Assembly: GCA_048128005.1 (NCBI GenBank)
Contig: JBEUKZ010000107.1
Coordinates: 434,001-498,000, forward strand
Length of the DNA: 64,000 nt
Direction: 5' to 3'
Origin: Veleropilina oligotropha
Taxonomy: Eukaryota
Both the position numbers and the translations under genes were made by a program. Positions 13,501-28,500 of the stretch are shown here, in pieces; the stretch's first letter is position 1, and the number at the start of each line of letters is the position of its first letter. The notes under the pieces were generated by a model that had not been told where the DNA came from, did not search any database, and was given only the letters and a program-made list of their open reading frames with translations.

Positions 13501-16500
13501 TGAACTGATCCGGCATCGGATACTCCGCTGGACGCACCTCCTACAAGTACCTGTTCATATAATGCCTTAAGCTGAGCCACCGTGAACTGATCCGGCATCG
13601 GATACTCCGCTGGACGCACCTCCTACAAGTACCTGTTCATAAAATGCCTTAAGCTGAGCCACCGTGAACTGATCCGGCATCGGATACTCCGCTGGACGCA
13701 CCTCCTACAAGTACCTGTTCATATAATGCCTTAAGCTGAGCCACCGTGAACTGATCCGGCATCGGATACTCCGCTGGACGCACCTCCTACAAGTACCTGT
13801 TCATATAATGCCTTAAGCTGAGCCACCGTGAACTGATCCGGCATCGGATACTCCGCTGGACGCACCTCCTACAAGTACCTGTTCATATAATGCCTTAAGC
13901 TGAGCCACCGTGAACTGATCCGGCATCGGATACTCCGCTGGACGCACCTCCTACAAGTACCTGTTCATATAATGCCTTAAGCTGAGCCACCGTGAACTGA
14001 TCCGGCATCGGATACTCCGCTGGACGCACCTCCTACAAGTACCTGTTCATATAATGCCTTAAGCTGAGCCACCGTGAACTGATCCGGCATCGGATACTCC
14101 GCTGGACGCACCTCCTACAAGTACCTGTTCATATAATGCCTTAAGCTGAGCCACCGTGAACTGATCCGGCATCGGATACTCCGCTGGACGCACCTCCTAC
14201 AAGTACCTGTTCATATAATGCCTTAAGCTGAGCCACCGTGAACTGATCCGGCATCGGATACTCCGCTGGACGCACCTCCTACAAGTACCTGTTCATATAA
14301 TGCCTTAAGCTGAGCCACCGTGAACTGATCCGGCATCGGATACTCCGCTGGACGCACCTCCTACAAGTACCTGTTCATATAATGCCTTAAGCTGAGCCAC
14401 CGTGAACTGATCCGGCATCGGATACTCCGCTGGACGCACCTCCTACAAGTACCTGTTCATATAATGCCTTAAGCTGAGCCACCGTGAACTGATCCGGCAT
14501 CGGATACTCCGCTGGACGCACCTCCTACAAGTACCTGTTCATATAATGCCTTAAGCTGAGCCACCGTGAACTGATCCGGCATCGGATACTCCGCTGGACG
14601 CACCTCCTACAAGTACCTGTTCATATAATGCCTTAAGCTGAGCCACCGTGAACTGATCCGGCATCGGATACTCCGCTGGACGCACCTCCTACAAGTACCT
14701 GTTCATATAATGCCTTAAGCTGAGCCACCGTGAACTGATCCGGCATCGGATACTCCGCTGGACGCACCTCCTACAAGTACCTGTTCATATAATGCCTTAA
14801 GCTGAGCCACCGTGAACTGATCCGGCATCGGATACTCCGCTGGACGCACCTCCTACAAGTACCTGTTCATATAATGCCTTAAGCTGAGCCACCGTGAACT
14901 GATCCGGCATCGGATACTCCGCTGGACGCACCTCCTACAAGTACCTGTTCATATAATGCCTTAAGCTGAGCCACCGTGAACTGATCCGGCATCGGATACT
15001 CCGCTGGACGCACCTCCTACAAGTACCTGTTCATATAATGCCTTAAGCTGAGCCACCGTGAACTGATCCGGCATCGGATACTCCGCTGGACGCACCTCCT
15101 ACAAGTACCTGTTCATATAATGCCTTAAGCTGAGCCACCGTGAACTGATCCGGCATCGGATACTCCGCTGGACGCACCTCCTACAAGTACCTGTTCATAT
15201 AATGCCTTAAGCTGAGCCACCGTGAACTGATCCGGCATCGGATACTCCGCTGGACGCACCTCCTACAAGTACCTGTTCATATAATGCCTTAAGCTGAGCC
15301 ACCGTGAACTGATCCGGCATCGGATACTCCGCTGGACGCACCTCCTACAAGTACCTGTTCATATAATGCCTTAAGCTGAGCCACCGTGAACTGATCCGGC
15401 ATCGGATACTCCGCTGGACGCACCTCCTACAAGTACCTGTTCATATAATGCCTTAAGCTGAGCCACCGTGAACTGATCCGGCATCGGATACTCCGCTGGA
15501 CGCACCTCCTACAAGTACCTGTTCATATAATGCCTTAAGCTGAGCCACCGTGAACTGATCCGGCATCGGATACTCCGCTGGACGCACCTCCTACAAGTAC
15601 CTGTTCATATAATGCCTTAAGCTGAGCCACCGTGAACTGATCCGGCATCGGATACTCCGCTGGACGCACCTCCTACAAGTACCTGTTCATATAATGCCTT
15701 AAGCTGAGCCACCGTGAACTGATCCGGCATCGGATACTCCGCTGGACGCACCTCCTACAAGTACCTGTTCATATAATGCCTTAAGCTGAGCCACCGTGAA
15801 CTGATCCGGCATCGGATACTCCGCTGGACGCACCTCCTACAAGTACCTGTTCATATAATGCCTTAAGCTGAGCCACCGTGAACTGATCCGGCATCGGATA
15901 CTCCGCTGGACGCACCTCCTACAAGTACCTGTTCATATAATGCCTTAAGCTGAGCCACCGTGAACTGATCCGGCATCGGATACTCCGCTGGACGCACCTC
16001 CTACAAGTACCTGTTCATATAATGCCTTAAGCTGAGCCACCGTGAACTGATCCGGCATCGGATACTCCGCTGGACGCACCTCCTACAAGTACCTGTTCAT
16101 ATAATGCCTTAAGCTGAGCCACCGTGAACTGATCCGGCATCGGATACTCCGCTGGACGCACCTCCTACAAGTACCTGTTCATATAATGCCTTAAGCTGAG
16201 CCACCGTGAACTGATCCGGCATCGGATACTCCGCTGGACGCACCTCCTACAAGTACCTGTTCATATAATGCCTTAAGCTGAGCCACCGTGAACTGATCCG
16301 GCATCGGATACTCCGCTGGACGCACCTCCTACAAGTACCTGTTCATATAATGCCTTAAGCTGAGCCACCGTGAACTGATCCGGCATCGGATACTCCGCTG
16401 GACGCACCTCCTACAAGTACCTGTTCATATAATGCCTTAAGCTGAGCCACCGTGAACTGATCCGGCATCGGATACTCCGCTGGACGCACCTCCTACAAGT

Positions 16501-19500
16501 ACCTGTTCATATAATGCCTTAAGCTGAGCCACCGTGAACTGATCCGGCATCGGATACTCCGCTGGACGCACCTCCTACAAGTACCTGTTCATATAATGCC
16601 TTAAGCTGAGCCACCGTGAACTGATCCGGCATCGGATACTCCGCTGGACGCACCTCCTACAAGTACCTGTTCATATAATGCCTTAAGCTGAGCCACCGTG
16701 AACTGATCCGGCATCGGATACTCCGCTGGACGCACCTCCTACAAGTACCTGTTCATATAATGCCTTAAGCTGAGCCACCGTGAACTGATCCGGCATCGGA
16801 TACTCCGCTGGACGCACCTCCTACAAGTACCTGTTCATATAATGCCTTAAGCTGAGCCACCGTGAACTGATCCGGCATCGGATACTCCGCTGGACGCACC
16901 TCCTACAAGTACCTGTTCATATAATGCCTTAAGCTGAGCCACCGTGAACTGATCCGGCATCGGATACTCCGCTGGACGCACCTCCTACAAGTACCTGTTC
17001 ATATAATGCCTTAAGCTGAGCCACCGTGAACTGATCCGGCATCGGATACTCCGCTGGACGCACCTCCTACAAGTACCTGTTCATATAATGCCTTAAGCTG
17101 AGCCACCGTGAACTGATCCGGCATCGGATACTCCGCTGGACGCACCTCCTACAAGTACCTGTTCATATAATGCCTTAAGCTGAGCCACCGTGAACTGATC
17201 CGGCATCGGATACTCCGCTGGACGCACCTCCTACAAGTACCTGTTCATATAATGCCTTAAGCTGAGCCACCGTGAACTGATCCGGCATCGGATACTCCGC
17301 TGGACGCACCTCCTACAAGTACCTGTTCATATAATGCCTTAAGCTGAGCCACCGTGAACTGATCCGGCATCGGATACTCCGCTGGACGCACCTCCTACAA
17401 GTACCTGTTCATATAATGCCTTAAGCTGAGCCACCGTGAACTGATCCGGCATCGGATACTCCGCTGGACGCACCTCCTACAAGTACCTGTTCATATAATG
17501 CCTTAAGCTGAGCCACCGTGAACTGATCCGGCATCGGATACTCCGCTGGACGCACCTCCTACAAGTACCTGTTCATATAATGCCTTAAGCTGAGCCACCG
17601 TGAACTGATCCGGCATCGGATACTCCGCTGGACGCACCTCCTACAAGTACCTGTTCATATAATGCCTTAAGCTGAGCCACCGTGAACTGATCCGGCATCG
17701 GATACTCCGCTGGACGCACCTCCTACAAGTACCTGTTCATATAATGCCTTAAGCTGAGCCACCGTGAACTGATCCGGCATCGGATACTCCGCTGGACGCA
17801 CCTCCTACAAGTACCTGTTCATATAATGCCTTAAGCTGAGCCACCGTGAACTGATCCGGCATCGGATACTCCGCTGGACGCACCTCCTACAAGTACCTGT
17901 TCATATAATGCCTTAAGCTGAGCCACCGTGAACTGATCCGGCATCGGATACTCCGCTGGACGCACCTCCTACAAGTACCTGTTCATATAATGCCTTAAGC
18001 TGAGCCACCGTGAACTGATCCGGCATCGGATACTCCGCTGGACGCACCTCCTACAAGTACCTGTTCATATAATGCCTTAAGCTGAGCCACCGTGAACTGA
18101 TCCGGCATCGGATACTCCGCTGGACGCACCTCCTACAAGTACCTGTTCATATAATGCCTTAAGCTGAGCCACCGTGAACTGATCCGGCATCGGATACTCC
18201 GCTGGACGCACCTCCTACAAGTACCTGTTCATATAATGCCTTAAGCTGAGCCACCGTGAACTGATCCGGCATCGGATACTCCGCTGGACGCACCTCCTAC
18301 AAGTACCTGTTCATATAATGCCTTAAGCTGAGCCACCGTGAACTGATCCGGCATCGGATACTCCGCTGGACGCACCTCCTACAAGTACCTGTTCATATAA
18401 TGCCTTAAGCTGAGCCACCGTGAACTGATCCGGCATCGGATACTCCGCTGGACGCACCTCCTACAAGTACCTGTTCATATAATGCCTTAAGCTGAGCCAC
18501 CGTGAACTGATCCGGCATCGGATACTCCGCTGGACGCACCTCCTACAAGTACCTGTTCATATAATGCCTTAAGCTGAGCCACCGTGAACTGATCCGGCAT
18601 CGGATACTCCGCTGGACGCACCTCCTACAAGTACCTGTTCATATAATGCCTTAAGCTGAGCCACCGTGAACTGATCCGGCATCGGATACTCCGCTGGACG
18701 CACCTCCTACAAGTACCTGTTCATATAATGCCTTAAGCTGAGCCACCGTGAACTGATCCGGCATCGGATACTCCGCTGGACGCACCTCCTACAAGTACCT
18801 GTTCATATAATGCCTTAAGCTGAGCCACCGTGAACTGATCCGGCATCGGATACTCCGCTGGACGCACCTCCTACAAGTACCTGTTCATATAATGCCTTAA
18901 GCTGAGCCACCGTGAACTGATCCGGCATCGGATACTCCGCTGGACGCACCTCCTACAAGTACCTGTTCATATAATGCCTTAAGCTGAGCCACCGTGAACT
19001 GATCCGGCATCGGATACTCCGCTGGACGCACCTCCTACAAGTACCTGTTCATATAATGCCTTAAGCTGAGCCACCGTGAACTGATCCGGCATCGGATACT
19101 CCGCTGGACGCACCTCCTACAAGTACCTGTTCATATAATGCCTTAAGCTGAGCCACCGTGAACTGATCCGGCATCGGATACTCCGCTGGACGCACCTCCT
19201 ACAAGTACCTGTTCATATAATGCCTTAAGCTGAGCCACCGTGAACTGATCCGGCATCGGATACTCCGCTGGACGCACCTCCTACAAGTACCTGTTCATAT
19301 AATGCCTTAAGCTGAGCCACCGTGAACTGATCCGGCATCGGATACTCCGCTGGACGCACCTCCTACAAGTACCTGTTCATATAATGCCTTAAGCTGAGCC
19401 ACCGTGAACTGATCCGGCATCGGATACTCCGCTGGACGCACCTCCTACAAGTACCTGTTCATATAATGCCTTAAGCTGAGCCACCGTGAACTGATCCGGC

Positions 19501-22500
19501 ATCGGATACTCCGCTGGACGCACCTCCTACAAGTACCTGTTCATATAATGCCTTAAGCTGAGCCACCGTGAACTGATCCGGCATCGGATACTCCGCTGGA
19601 CGCACCTCCTACAAGTACCTGTTCATATAATGCCTTAAGCTGAGCCACCGTGAACTGATCCGGCATCGGATACTCCGCTGGACGCACCTCCTACAAGTAC
19701 CTGTTCATATAATGCCTTAAGCTGAGCCACCGTGAACTGATCCGGCATCGGATACTCCGCTGGACGCACCTCCTACAAGTACCTGTTCATATAATGCCTT
19801 AAGCTGAGCCACCGTGAACTGATCCGGCATCGGATACTCCGCTGGACGCACCTCCTACAAGTACCTGTTCATATAATGCCTTAAGCTGAGCCACCGTGAA
19901 CTGATCCGGCATCGGATACTCCGCTGGACGCACCTCCTACAAGTACCTGTTCATATAATGCCTTAAGCTGAGCCACCGTGAACTGATCCGGCATCGGATA
20001 CTCCGCTGGACGCACCTCCTACAAGTACCTGTTCATATAATGCCTTAAGCTGAGCCACCGTGAACTGATCCGGCATCGGATACTCCGCTGGACGCACCTC
20101 CTACAAGTACCTGTTCATATAATGCCTTAAGCTGAGCCACCGTGAACTGATCCGGCATCGGATACTCCGCTGGACGCACCTCCTACAAGTACCTGTTCAT
20201 ATAATGCCTTAAGCTGAGCCACCGTGAACTGATCCGGCATCGGATACTCCGCTGGACGCACCTCCTACAAGTACCTGTTCATATAATGCCTTAAGCTGAG
20301 CCACCGTGAACTGATCCGGCATCGGATACTCCGCTGGACGCACCTCCTACAAGTACCTGTTCATATAATGCCTTAAGCTGAGCCACCGTGAACTGATCCG
20401 GCATCGGATACTCCGCTGGACGCACCTCCTACAAGTACCTGTTCATATAATGCCTTAAGCTGAGCCACCGTGAACTGATCCGGCATCGGATACTCCGCTG
20501 GACGCACCTCCTACAAGTACCTGTTCATATAATGCCTTAAGCTGAGCCACCGTGAACTGATCCGGCATCGGATACTCCGCTGGACGCACCTCCTACAAGT
20601 ACCTGTTCATATAATGCCTTAAGCTGAGCCACCGTGAACTGATCCGGCATCGGATACTCCGCTGGACGCACCTCCTACAAGTACCTGTTCATATAATGCC
20701 TTAAGCTGAGCCACCGTGAACTGATCCGGCATCGGATACTCCGCTGGACGCACCTCCTACAAGTACCTGTTCATATAATGCCTTAAGCTGAGCCACCGTG
20801 AACTGATCCGGCATCGGATACTCCGCTGGACGCACCTCCTACAAGTACCTGTTCATATAATGCCTTAAGCTGAGCCACCGTGAACTGATCCGGCATCGGA
20901 TACTCCGCTGGACGCACCTCCTACAAGTACCTGTTCATATAATGCCTTAAGCTGAGCCACCGTGAACTGATCCGGCATCGGATACTCCGCTGGACGCACC
21001 TCCTACAAGTACCTGTTCATATAATGCCTTAAGCTGAGCCACCGTGAACTGATCCGGCATCGGATACTCCGCTGGACGCACCTCCTACAAGTACCTGTTC
21101 ATATAATGCCTTAAGCTGAGCCACCGTGAACTGATCCGGCATCGGATACTCCGCTGGACGCACCTCCTACAAGTACCTGTTCATATAATGCCTTAAGCTG
21201 AGCCACCGTGAACTGATCCGGCATCGGATACTCCGCTGGACGCACCTCCTACAAGTACCTGTTCATATAATGCCTTAAGCTGAGCCACCGTGAACTGATC
21301 CGGCATCGGATACTCCGCTGGACGCACCTCCTACAAGTACCTGTTCATATAATGCCTTAAGCTGAGCCACCGTGAACTGATCCGGCATCGGATACTCCGC
21401 TGGACGCACCTCCTACAAGTACCTGTTCATATAATGCCTTAAGCTGAGCCACCGTGAACTGATCCGGCATCGGATACTCCGCTGGACGCACCTCCTACAA
21501 GTACCTGTTCATATAATGCCTTAAGCTGAGCCACCGTGAACTGATCCGGCATCGGATACTCCGCTGGACGCACCTCCTACAAGTACCTGTTCATATAATG
21601 CCTTAAGCTGAGCCACCGTGAACTGATCCGGCATCGGATACTCCGCTGGACGCACCTCCTACAAGTACCTGTTCATATAATGCCTTAAGCTGAGCCACCG
21701 TGAACTGATCCGGCATCGGATACTCCGCTGGACGCACCTCCTACAAGTACCTGTTCATATAATGCCTTAAGCTGAGCCACCGTGAACTGATCCGGCATCG
21801 GATACTCCGCTGGACGCACCTCCTACAAGTACCTGTTCATATAATGCCTTAAGCTGAGCCACCGTGAACTGATCCGGCATCGGATACTCCGCTGGACGCA
21901 CCTCCTACAAGTACCTGTTCATATAATGCCTTAAGCTGAGCCACCGTGAACTGATCCGGCATCGGATACTCCGCTGGACGCACCTCCTACAAGTACCTGT
22001 TCATATAATGCCTTAAGCTGAGCCACCGTGAACTGATCCGGCATCGGATACTCCGCTGGACGCACCTCCTACAAGTACCTGTTCATATAATGCCTTAAGC
22101 TGAGCCACCGTGAACTGATCCGGCATCGGATACTCCGCTGGACGCACCTCCTACAAGTACCTGTTCATATAATGCCTTAAGCTGAGCCACCGTGAACTGA
22201 TCCGGCATCGGATACTCCGCTGGACGCACCTCCTACAAGTACCTGTTCATATAATGCCTTAAGCTGAGCCACCGTGAACTGATCCGGCATCGGATACTCC
22301 GCTGGACGCACCTCCTACAAGTACCTGTTCATATAATGCCTTAAGCTGAGCCACCGTGAACTGATCCGGCATCGGATACTCCGCTGGACGCACCTCCTAC
22401 AAGTACCTGTTCATATAATGCCTTAAGCTGAGCCACCGTGAACTGATCCGGCATCGGATACTCCGCTGGACGCACCTCCTACAAGTACCTGTTCATATAA

Positions 22501-25500
22501 TGCCTTAAGCTGAGCCACCGTGAACTGATCCGGCATCGGATACTCCGCTGGACGCACCTCCTACAAGTACCTGTTCATATAATGCCTTAAGCTGAGCCAC
22601 CGTGAACTGATCCGGCATCGGATACTCCGCTGGACGCACCTCCTACAAGTACCTGTTCATATAATGCCTTAAGCTGAGCCACCGTGAACTGATCCGGCAT
22701 CGGATACTCCGCTGGACGCACCTCCTACAAGTACCTGTTCATATAATGCCTTAAGCTGAGCCACCGTGAACTGATCCGGCATCGGATACTCCGCTGGACG
22801 CACCTCCTACAAGTACCTGTTCATATAATGCCTTAAGCTGAGCCACCGTGAACTGATCCGGCATCGGATACTCCGCTGGACGCACCTCCTACAAGTACCT
22901 GTTCATATAATGCCTTAAGCTGAGCCACCGTGAACTGATCCGGCATCGGATACTCCGCTGGACGCACCTCCTACAAGTACCTGTTCATATAATGCCTTAA
23001 GCTGAGCCACCGTGAACTGATCCGGCATCGGATACTCCGCTGGACGCACCTCCTACAAGTACCTGTTCATATAATGCCTTAAGCTGAGCCACCGTGAACT
23101 GATCCGGCATCGGATACTCCGCTGGACGCACCTCCTACAAGTACCTGTTCATATAATGCCTTAAGCTGAGCCACCGTGAACTGATCCGGCATCGGATACT
23201 CCGCTGGACGCACCTCCTACAAGTACCTGTTCATATAATGCCTTAAGCTGAGCCACCGTGAACTGATCCGGCATCGGATACTCCGCTGGACGCACCTCCT
23301 ACAAGTACCTGTTCATATAATGCCTTAAGCTGAGCCACCGTGAACTGATCCGGCATCGGATACTCCGCTGGACGCACCTCCGGAACCGGACTGGGGCTCC
23401 TCAACACCTTCAACTCCTGAAAAAGAGGGTAGGTTAATTTTGAGGCTATATCACTAATTAACGAAATTTGCAAAAATGACTAGTTTAGAACGAGTTTCTC
23501 ATGTTAAATTTCATACAGATGTCTATCACTTAATTTCTCGCTATCTGTCTATCTGTAGGGAAATGAATAGCAGTCATTCGTCGCCCATGAAAGAGTAGAA
23601 CAGGATATATATACACATCTCTCTGTTTATCTGTATGTACAGTACCATACATCAATTTGTTCACTCTTTTGTATTGCTGATATCCTGATATCTGTCTCTG
23701 TATTACTATCAATGTACAATGTAGGATTTACTTTGGTCATTCATTGCAAGAAGAGCAGCACCAGCAGCCGAGTCGCTGAAGCATTGATCCACAGAGAATA
23801 TCTCTGTATGGTGTAGGCTTTAACTTTCATCATTCATTGCAAGAAAGGCTAGTAATTATTTCATTATAATCGTGTCAAAACAGACAACTTTCAATGAAAC
23901 TCAATGATCCTATATCGAAGAATGAACCTGTGCGTATTTATGTCCAGTTATAAATAAAATTGACCATAGACCACTTATGTAAGTATCTTAAGGTACAGAG
24001 CGATGTTTACCTCGTTGAGCAGGAAGTCTTGCTGCTGCAGCACGAGTTCGGTGGTTATCTTCTCCTTGGCCTCGATTGTGTGGCGCACGATCTCAGAAAG
24101 ATGATCGATACTGCAGAAAAAAGTTATTATAATATGGATCAAATGATAAACAGAAAAATATGTAATAGATACACGCCGAAGACCACCATTCTTAAAAATA
24201 TTGGCCCGGCCAAGGCGTGATAGTGCCGAGGTCGGCCCAATATTTTTAACAATGGATCATCTGAGGTTTATATCTTACCTAAACTATTGTGACCCCATTT
24301 GAATACAAGAACCACGGTCCGATATGTCTCGCCCTTTAAATATATATATCAATGTATCAGAAAATTCCATTCAATGAACAACTTTAACCGAAAAAACTTT
24401 AACCAAAAACTTTAACCAAAATTTCTATGTCCAAAAACACCAATTTCATGCATTATTTATATAAAATTCCATTCAATAACAGTTCCAGAGTATCAGGTGT
24501 TGTCCATATAACCATTACCAATGCATATGTATGCATAAAAACTTTAAAAAAAAACTTTAACCAAAATTTCTATGTCCAAAAACACCAATTTCATGCATTA
24601 TTTATATAAAATTCCATTCAATAACAGTTCCAGAGTATCAGGTGTTGTCCATATAACCATTACCAATGCATATGTATGCATAAAAGTGCCTTTAGCAACC
24701 CATACACATGCAATGAAAAACTTTAACCGAAAATGACACGCCGACGACGACGGAAAATGTAATCCCTAAGTCTCGCTTTCCCTTCGGGGCGAGACAAAAA
24801 ATATGTTTTTTTATTTCACATATCGCATTAATATTAATGCGCTCATATAACATGGCGTCAGTATTTAGCATTAACAGCTATAATCAATTATATTAGTTGT
24901 TAATTTCAATACTGAAGTCACATTAATATTGTTTCAATGCTTCTTCGCACGGCCCCGGTGATCTTTGTTGTAGTGCATGCATGGCTATTGTATTTATATA
25001 ATTAGACTGCATGAGTTTTAAGGGAAATCCCATCAGAGCAATTAGATGAGCAATTAGATATAGCTAGCATGTGACATTTAGGTCAGTTTTGCCAGTTGTA
25101 ATTCGAACAACGACCTGTAAAGGACGTGGAATTTATCTCAAACAATATGGATATGTATGCAAGACCAAAGTTGTCGCTTACAGATGGATTTATAACATTC
25201 TGAACATATTACACATGGTCCAATCAACAATGTCAATTGTTAACTGTCTATCATGATAGTCAATGTTTGATTTGATTTTAATTGAATAAGTTTTGTTTTA
25301 CAATCAAATTTTAACAATTTTTCAGTCATGCACATACTCAGGCAATAAATATGACCATATTGAATGTACGAAGAAATGTCAATATTTGTATTTCTGATAT
25401 TCATGCTGTCAGAAAAACAAACTCTTAGTAGAAGCTATATATAAATTATTGTCAACGCAACCTTACAAAATATACGACATTCAAATATACCATAACACCT

Positions 25501-28500
25501 TGCTTACCTCTCCATCTCCTTGAGGAAGCGAGCCCCAAGCCAGTCGTTCTGATCCTTATAACATTCGTCAGCTTTTCCTTTCAAGTCCTGGAGAATGAGG
25601 TACGAATAAATCTTGATCAGCTCCAGACGGGCGCGAGCAGCAACCTCTGAAAATATAGAAGAAACAATATAAATGAAAAATAAATTAACTAAAGGAAGCA
25701 TACATGTACCTACATGTATCTCAATAAATGAGTCTCAGAGTAAATATGAGAAATGAATATTACATGTCAATTATATTATAGTTCAATTATGACATCTTCA
25801 AGCTGGAAATCACAAATAATATAATAGCTAGATGTTAGATTTCGACAGTATATCTGAAGTATAAAACAAGTGCTATCGATATAGTGGTATCCCCCGCAGT
25901 AAAGCATTTTGTCAATATATGCAAGAAATAGATTTAGTACAATGTTTTGATGGTATGGAGATTTTTGATTGAAATTGGTCTTTAATCCCCAGATCTATCA
26001 ACCAGCATATACATGTATAAAATATATCTTGAGTAGCACACATGCACTAATTGAATAACTTTGTCCAAACTTGCAAATGTAACACATTATTTGTGTTAAA
26101 TTAATCAAAATTTCTATGTCCAAATACACAAATTTAACACAGTTTTGTGTTAAAATAAATGCAACATCACTGCCAGAGCAGCATGTAGCATCACAAAGTA
26201 AACCCATATGCACTCACTGAAAAAAATGTAACCAGAAACTTTAAATAAAATTTCACAGAATATTTAAATTAAATTACAATCAATATAACTGTAACTAGAA
26301 AAACTATGTTCCCCAGAACATGGGTATGCCCCGGCATCATCAATATATTAACTACCAAAGTATGTGTATACAAAAAGCTTCTTGATCACCCAGGATATGA
26401 ACTCCTTTAAAATATTTTAAACGAAAACTTTCACAAAGTTTCTATGTCTAAAACACCAATTTTATGGAATAATTAAATAAAATTTTAGGCACTATCACTG
26501 CCATATGACATCCATATAATAATACCAAAGCATATAAATATATTCCGAATAGAGCCTTCCGCAGCCCATACACATAAACAGGAAAACTTGAACAAGAATT
26601 TCTATGTTAAAAACACAAATTTATTTGCAATTATTATAATGAATTCAATTTTATTAAATATCACTACCCGAGTCCCAGGTAACATCCATATAATCAATAC
26701 CAAAGCATACATATGCCGAAAAGACCCTTAATAAAAACTTTAACTGAAAATTCGAATCAGAATATCTATCCTAAAAATCACCAATTTATTTGCAATAATT
26801 AACTCAATTTTATCAAATATATTCACTGCCAGTCTCAGGTAACATTCATATAATCAATACCAAAGCATATAATATATGCCGAAGAGTTCATTAAGCAAGT
26901 TATATACGCTCAATGAAAAACTTCAACCGTAAATTCTAATCAGAATTTCTATGTTAAAAAACACCAATTTATTTGCATAAATTAAATTACATTTTATTCA
27001 ATATTACTGCCAGACTATCAGGTAACATCAATATAATCGATATCAAATCATATATATGCCAGAAAGTCCCTTGAGCAAGCCATATACACTTAATGAAAAA
27101 CTTTAACAGAAAATTCTAATCAGAATTTCTATGTTTAAAAACACCAATTTATTTACATAAATTAAATTAAATATTATTCAATACCACTGCCAGAGAATCA
27201 GGTAACATTCATATAATCAATACCAAAGCATATATATGCCAAAAAGTCCCTTGAGCAAGCCTTCAACAGCCCATTATATACACTCACTGAAGAACTTGAA
27301 CCAAAAATTATAATGATAATTTCTATGTTCAAAAGCACCAATTTATTTGCAATAATTAATTGAATTTTATTAAATATCACTGCCAGAGTACCAGGTAATG
27401 TCCATATAATCAAGATCACAGCATACATATATGATATGTCAAAAAGTCCCTCAATCAAGCCATATACGCTCAACACTTTAACCGAAAATTCGAATCCGAA
27501 TTTCTAATTTCAACAAGAGCCAGTTAGAAAACGGATTCATCCCCCGCCTTCCACAATCACTCTGATATAAACTTTAACCAAAACTTATATGTCCAAACAC
27601 ATCAAGTTTCTACAATATTTATACAAAATAATATTCAATATCATTGCTAGAGTAAAATGTGTTATCAATATAAGCATCACCAAAGAATATGTATGCAATA
27701 CTGGAACAGAATGGAAATTCACTCAACTTTACCTAAAAATTTATATGTCCACAAACACTAATTTCACATGTTATTTAGATTATAAATCACTTGCAGATGA
27801 GGGAGCAGCACCAATATAGTCAACACTAAAGTATATGGATGTAAAACAGTGCCTAGAATAACCCATATAATTATATGCCCATTGAAAAATTAGAACAAAA
27901 CTTTGAACCAAAATTTCTATGTCCACAATTTGGACCACAAACACCTATTTTTATGCAATAATTATATTAAATTTAATTCAGCATCACTTCAATAGTATCA
28001 GTTGACATTCATATTATCAATACCAAAGCATATATATACACCAAAATGTTGTTTCAACAACCCATATACACTCAATGAAAAACTTTAACCAGAAATTTTA
28101 ACCAAAATGTCTACGTCTACAAACACCTATTTTTATGCAATAATTATATTAAATTTAATTCAGCATCACTTCCATAGTATCAGTTGACATTCATATTATC
28201 AATGCCACAGCATATATACACCAATATGTTGTTTCAACAACCCATATACACTCAATGAAAAACTTTAACCAGAAACTTTAACCAAAATTTCTATGTTCAA
28301 AAACACCTACATTTATGCAATAATTATATTAAATTTTATTCAATCTCACTTCCAGAGTACCAGGTGTCATCCATATAACGCCTACAAAAGCATATATGTG
28401 CCAAAAAGTATCATGGGCAAGCTATATACACTCAAATCGAAACTTTAACCAAATTTATTACGGACGTACGGATGGACATGGCAACAACAATATCCCCCGC

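Noticed and set aside
23299..23308. 10-nt GT-AG micro-introns in the 82-bp array
   Set aside because: Too short for the spliceosome; only 92-nt or longer combinations are plausible.
12641..23380. CRISPR-like array
   Set aside because: Units are identical with no unique spacers, there are no cas genes, and the unit derives from a eukaryotic exon.
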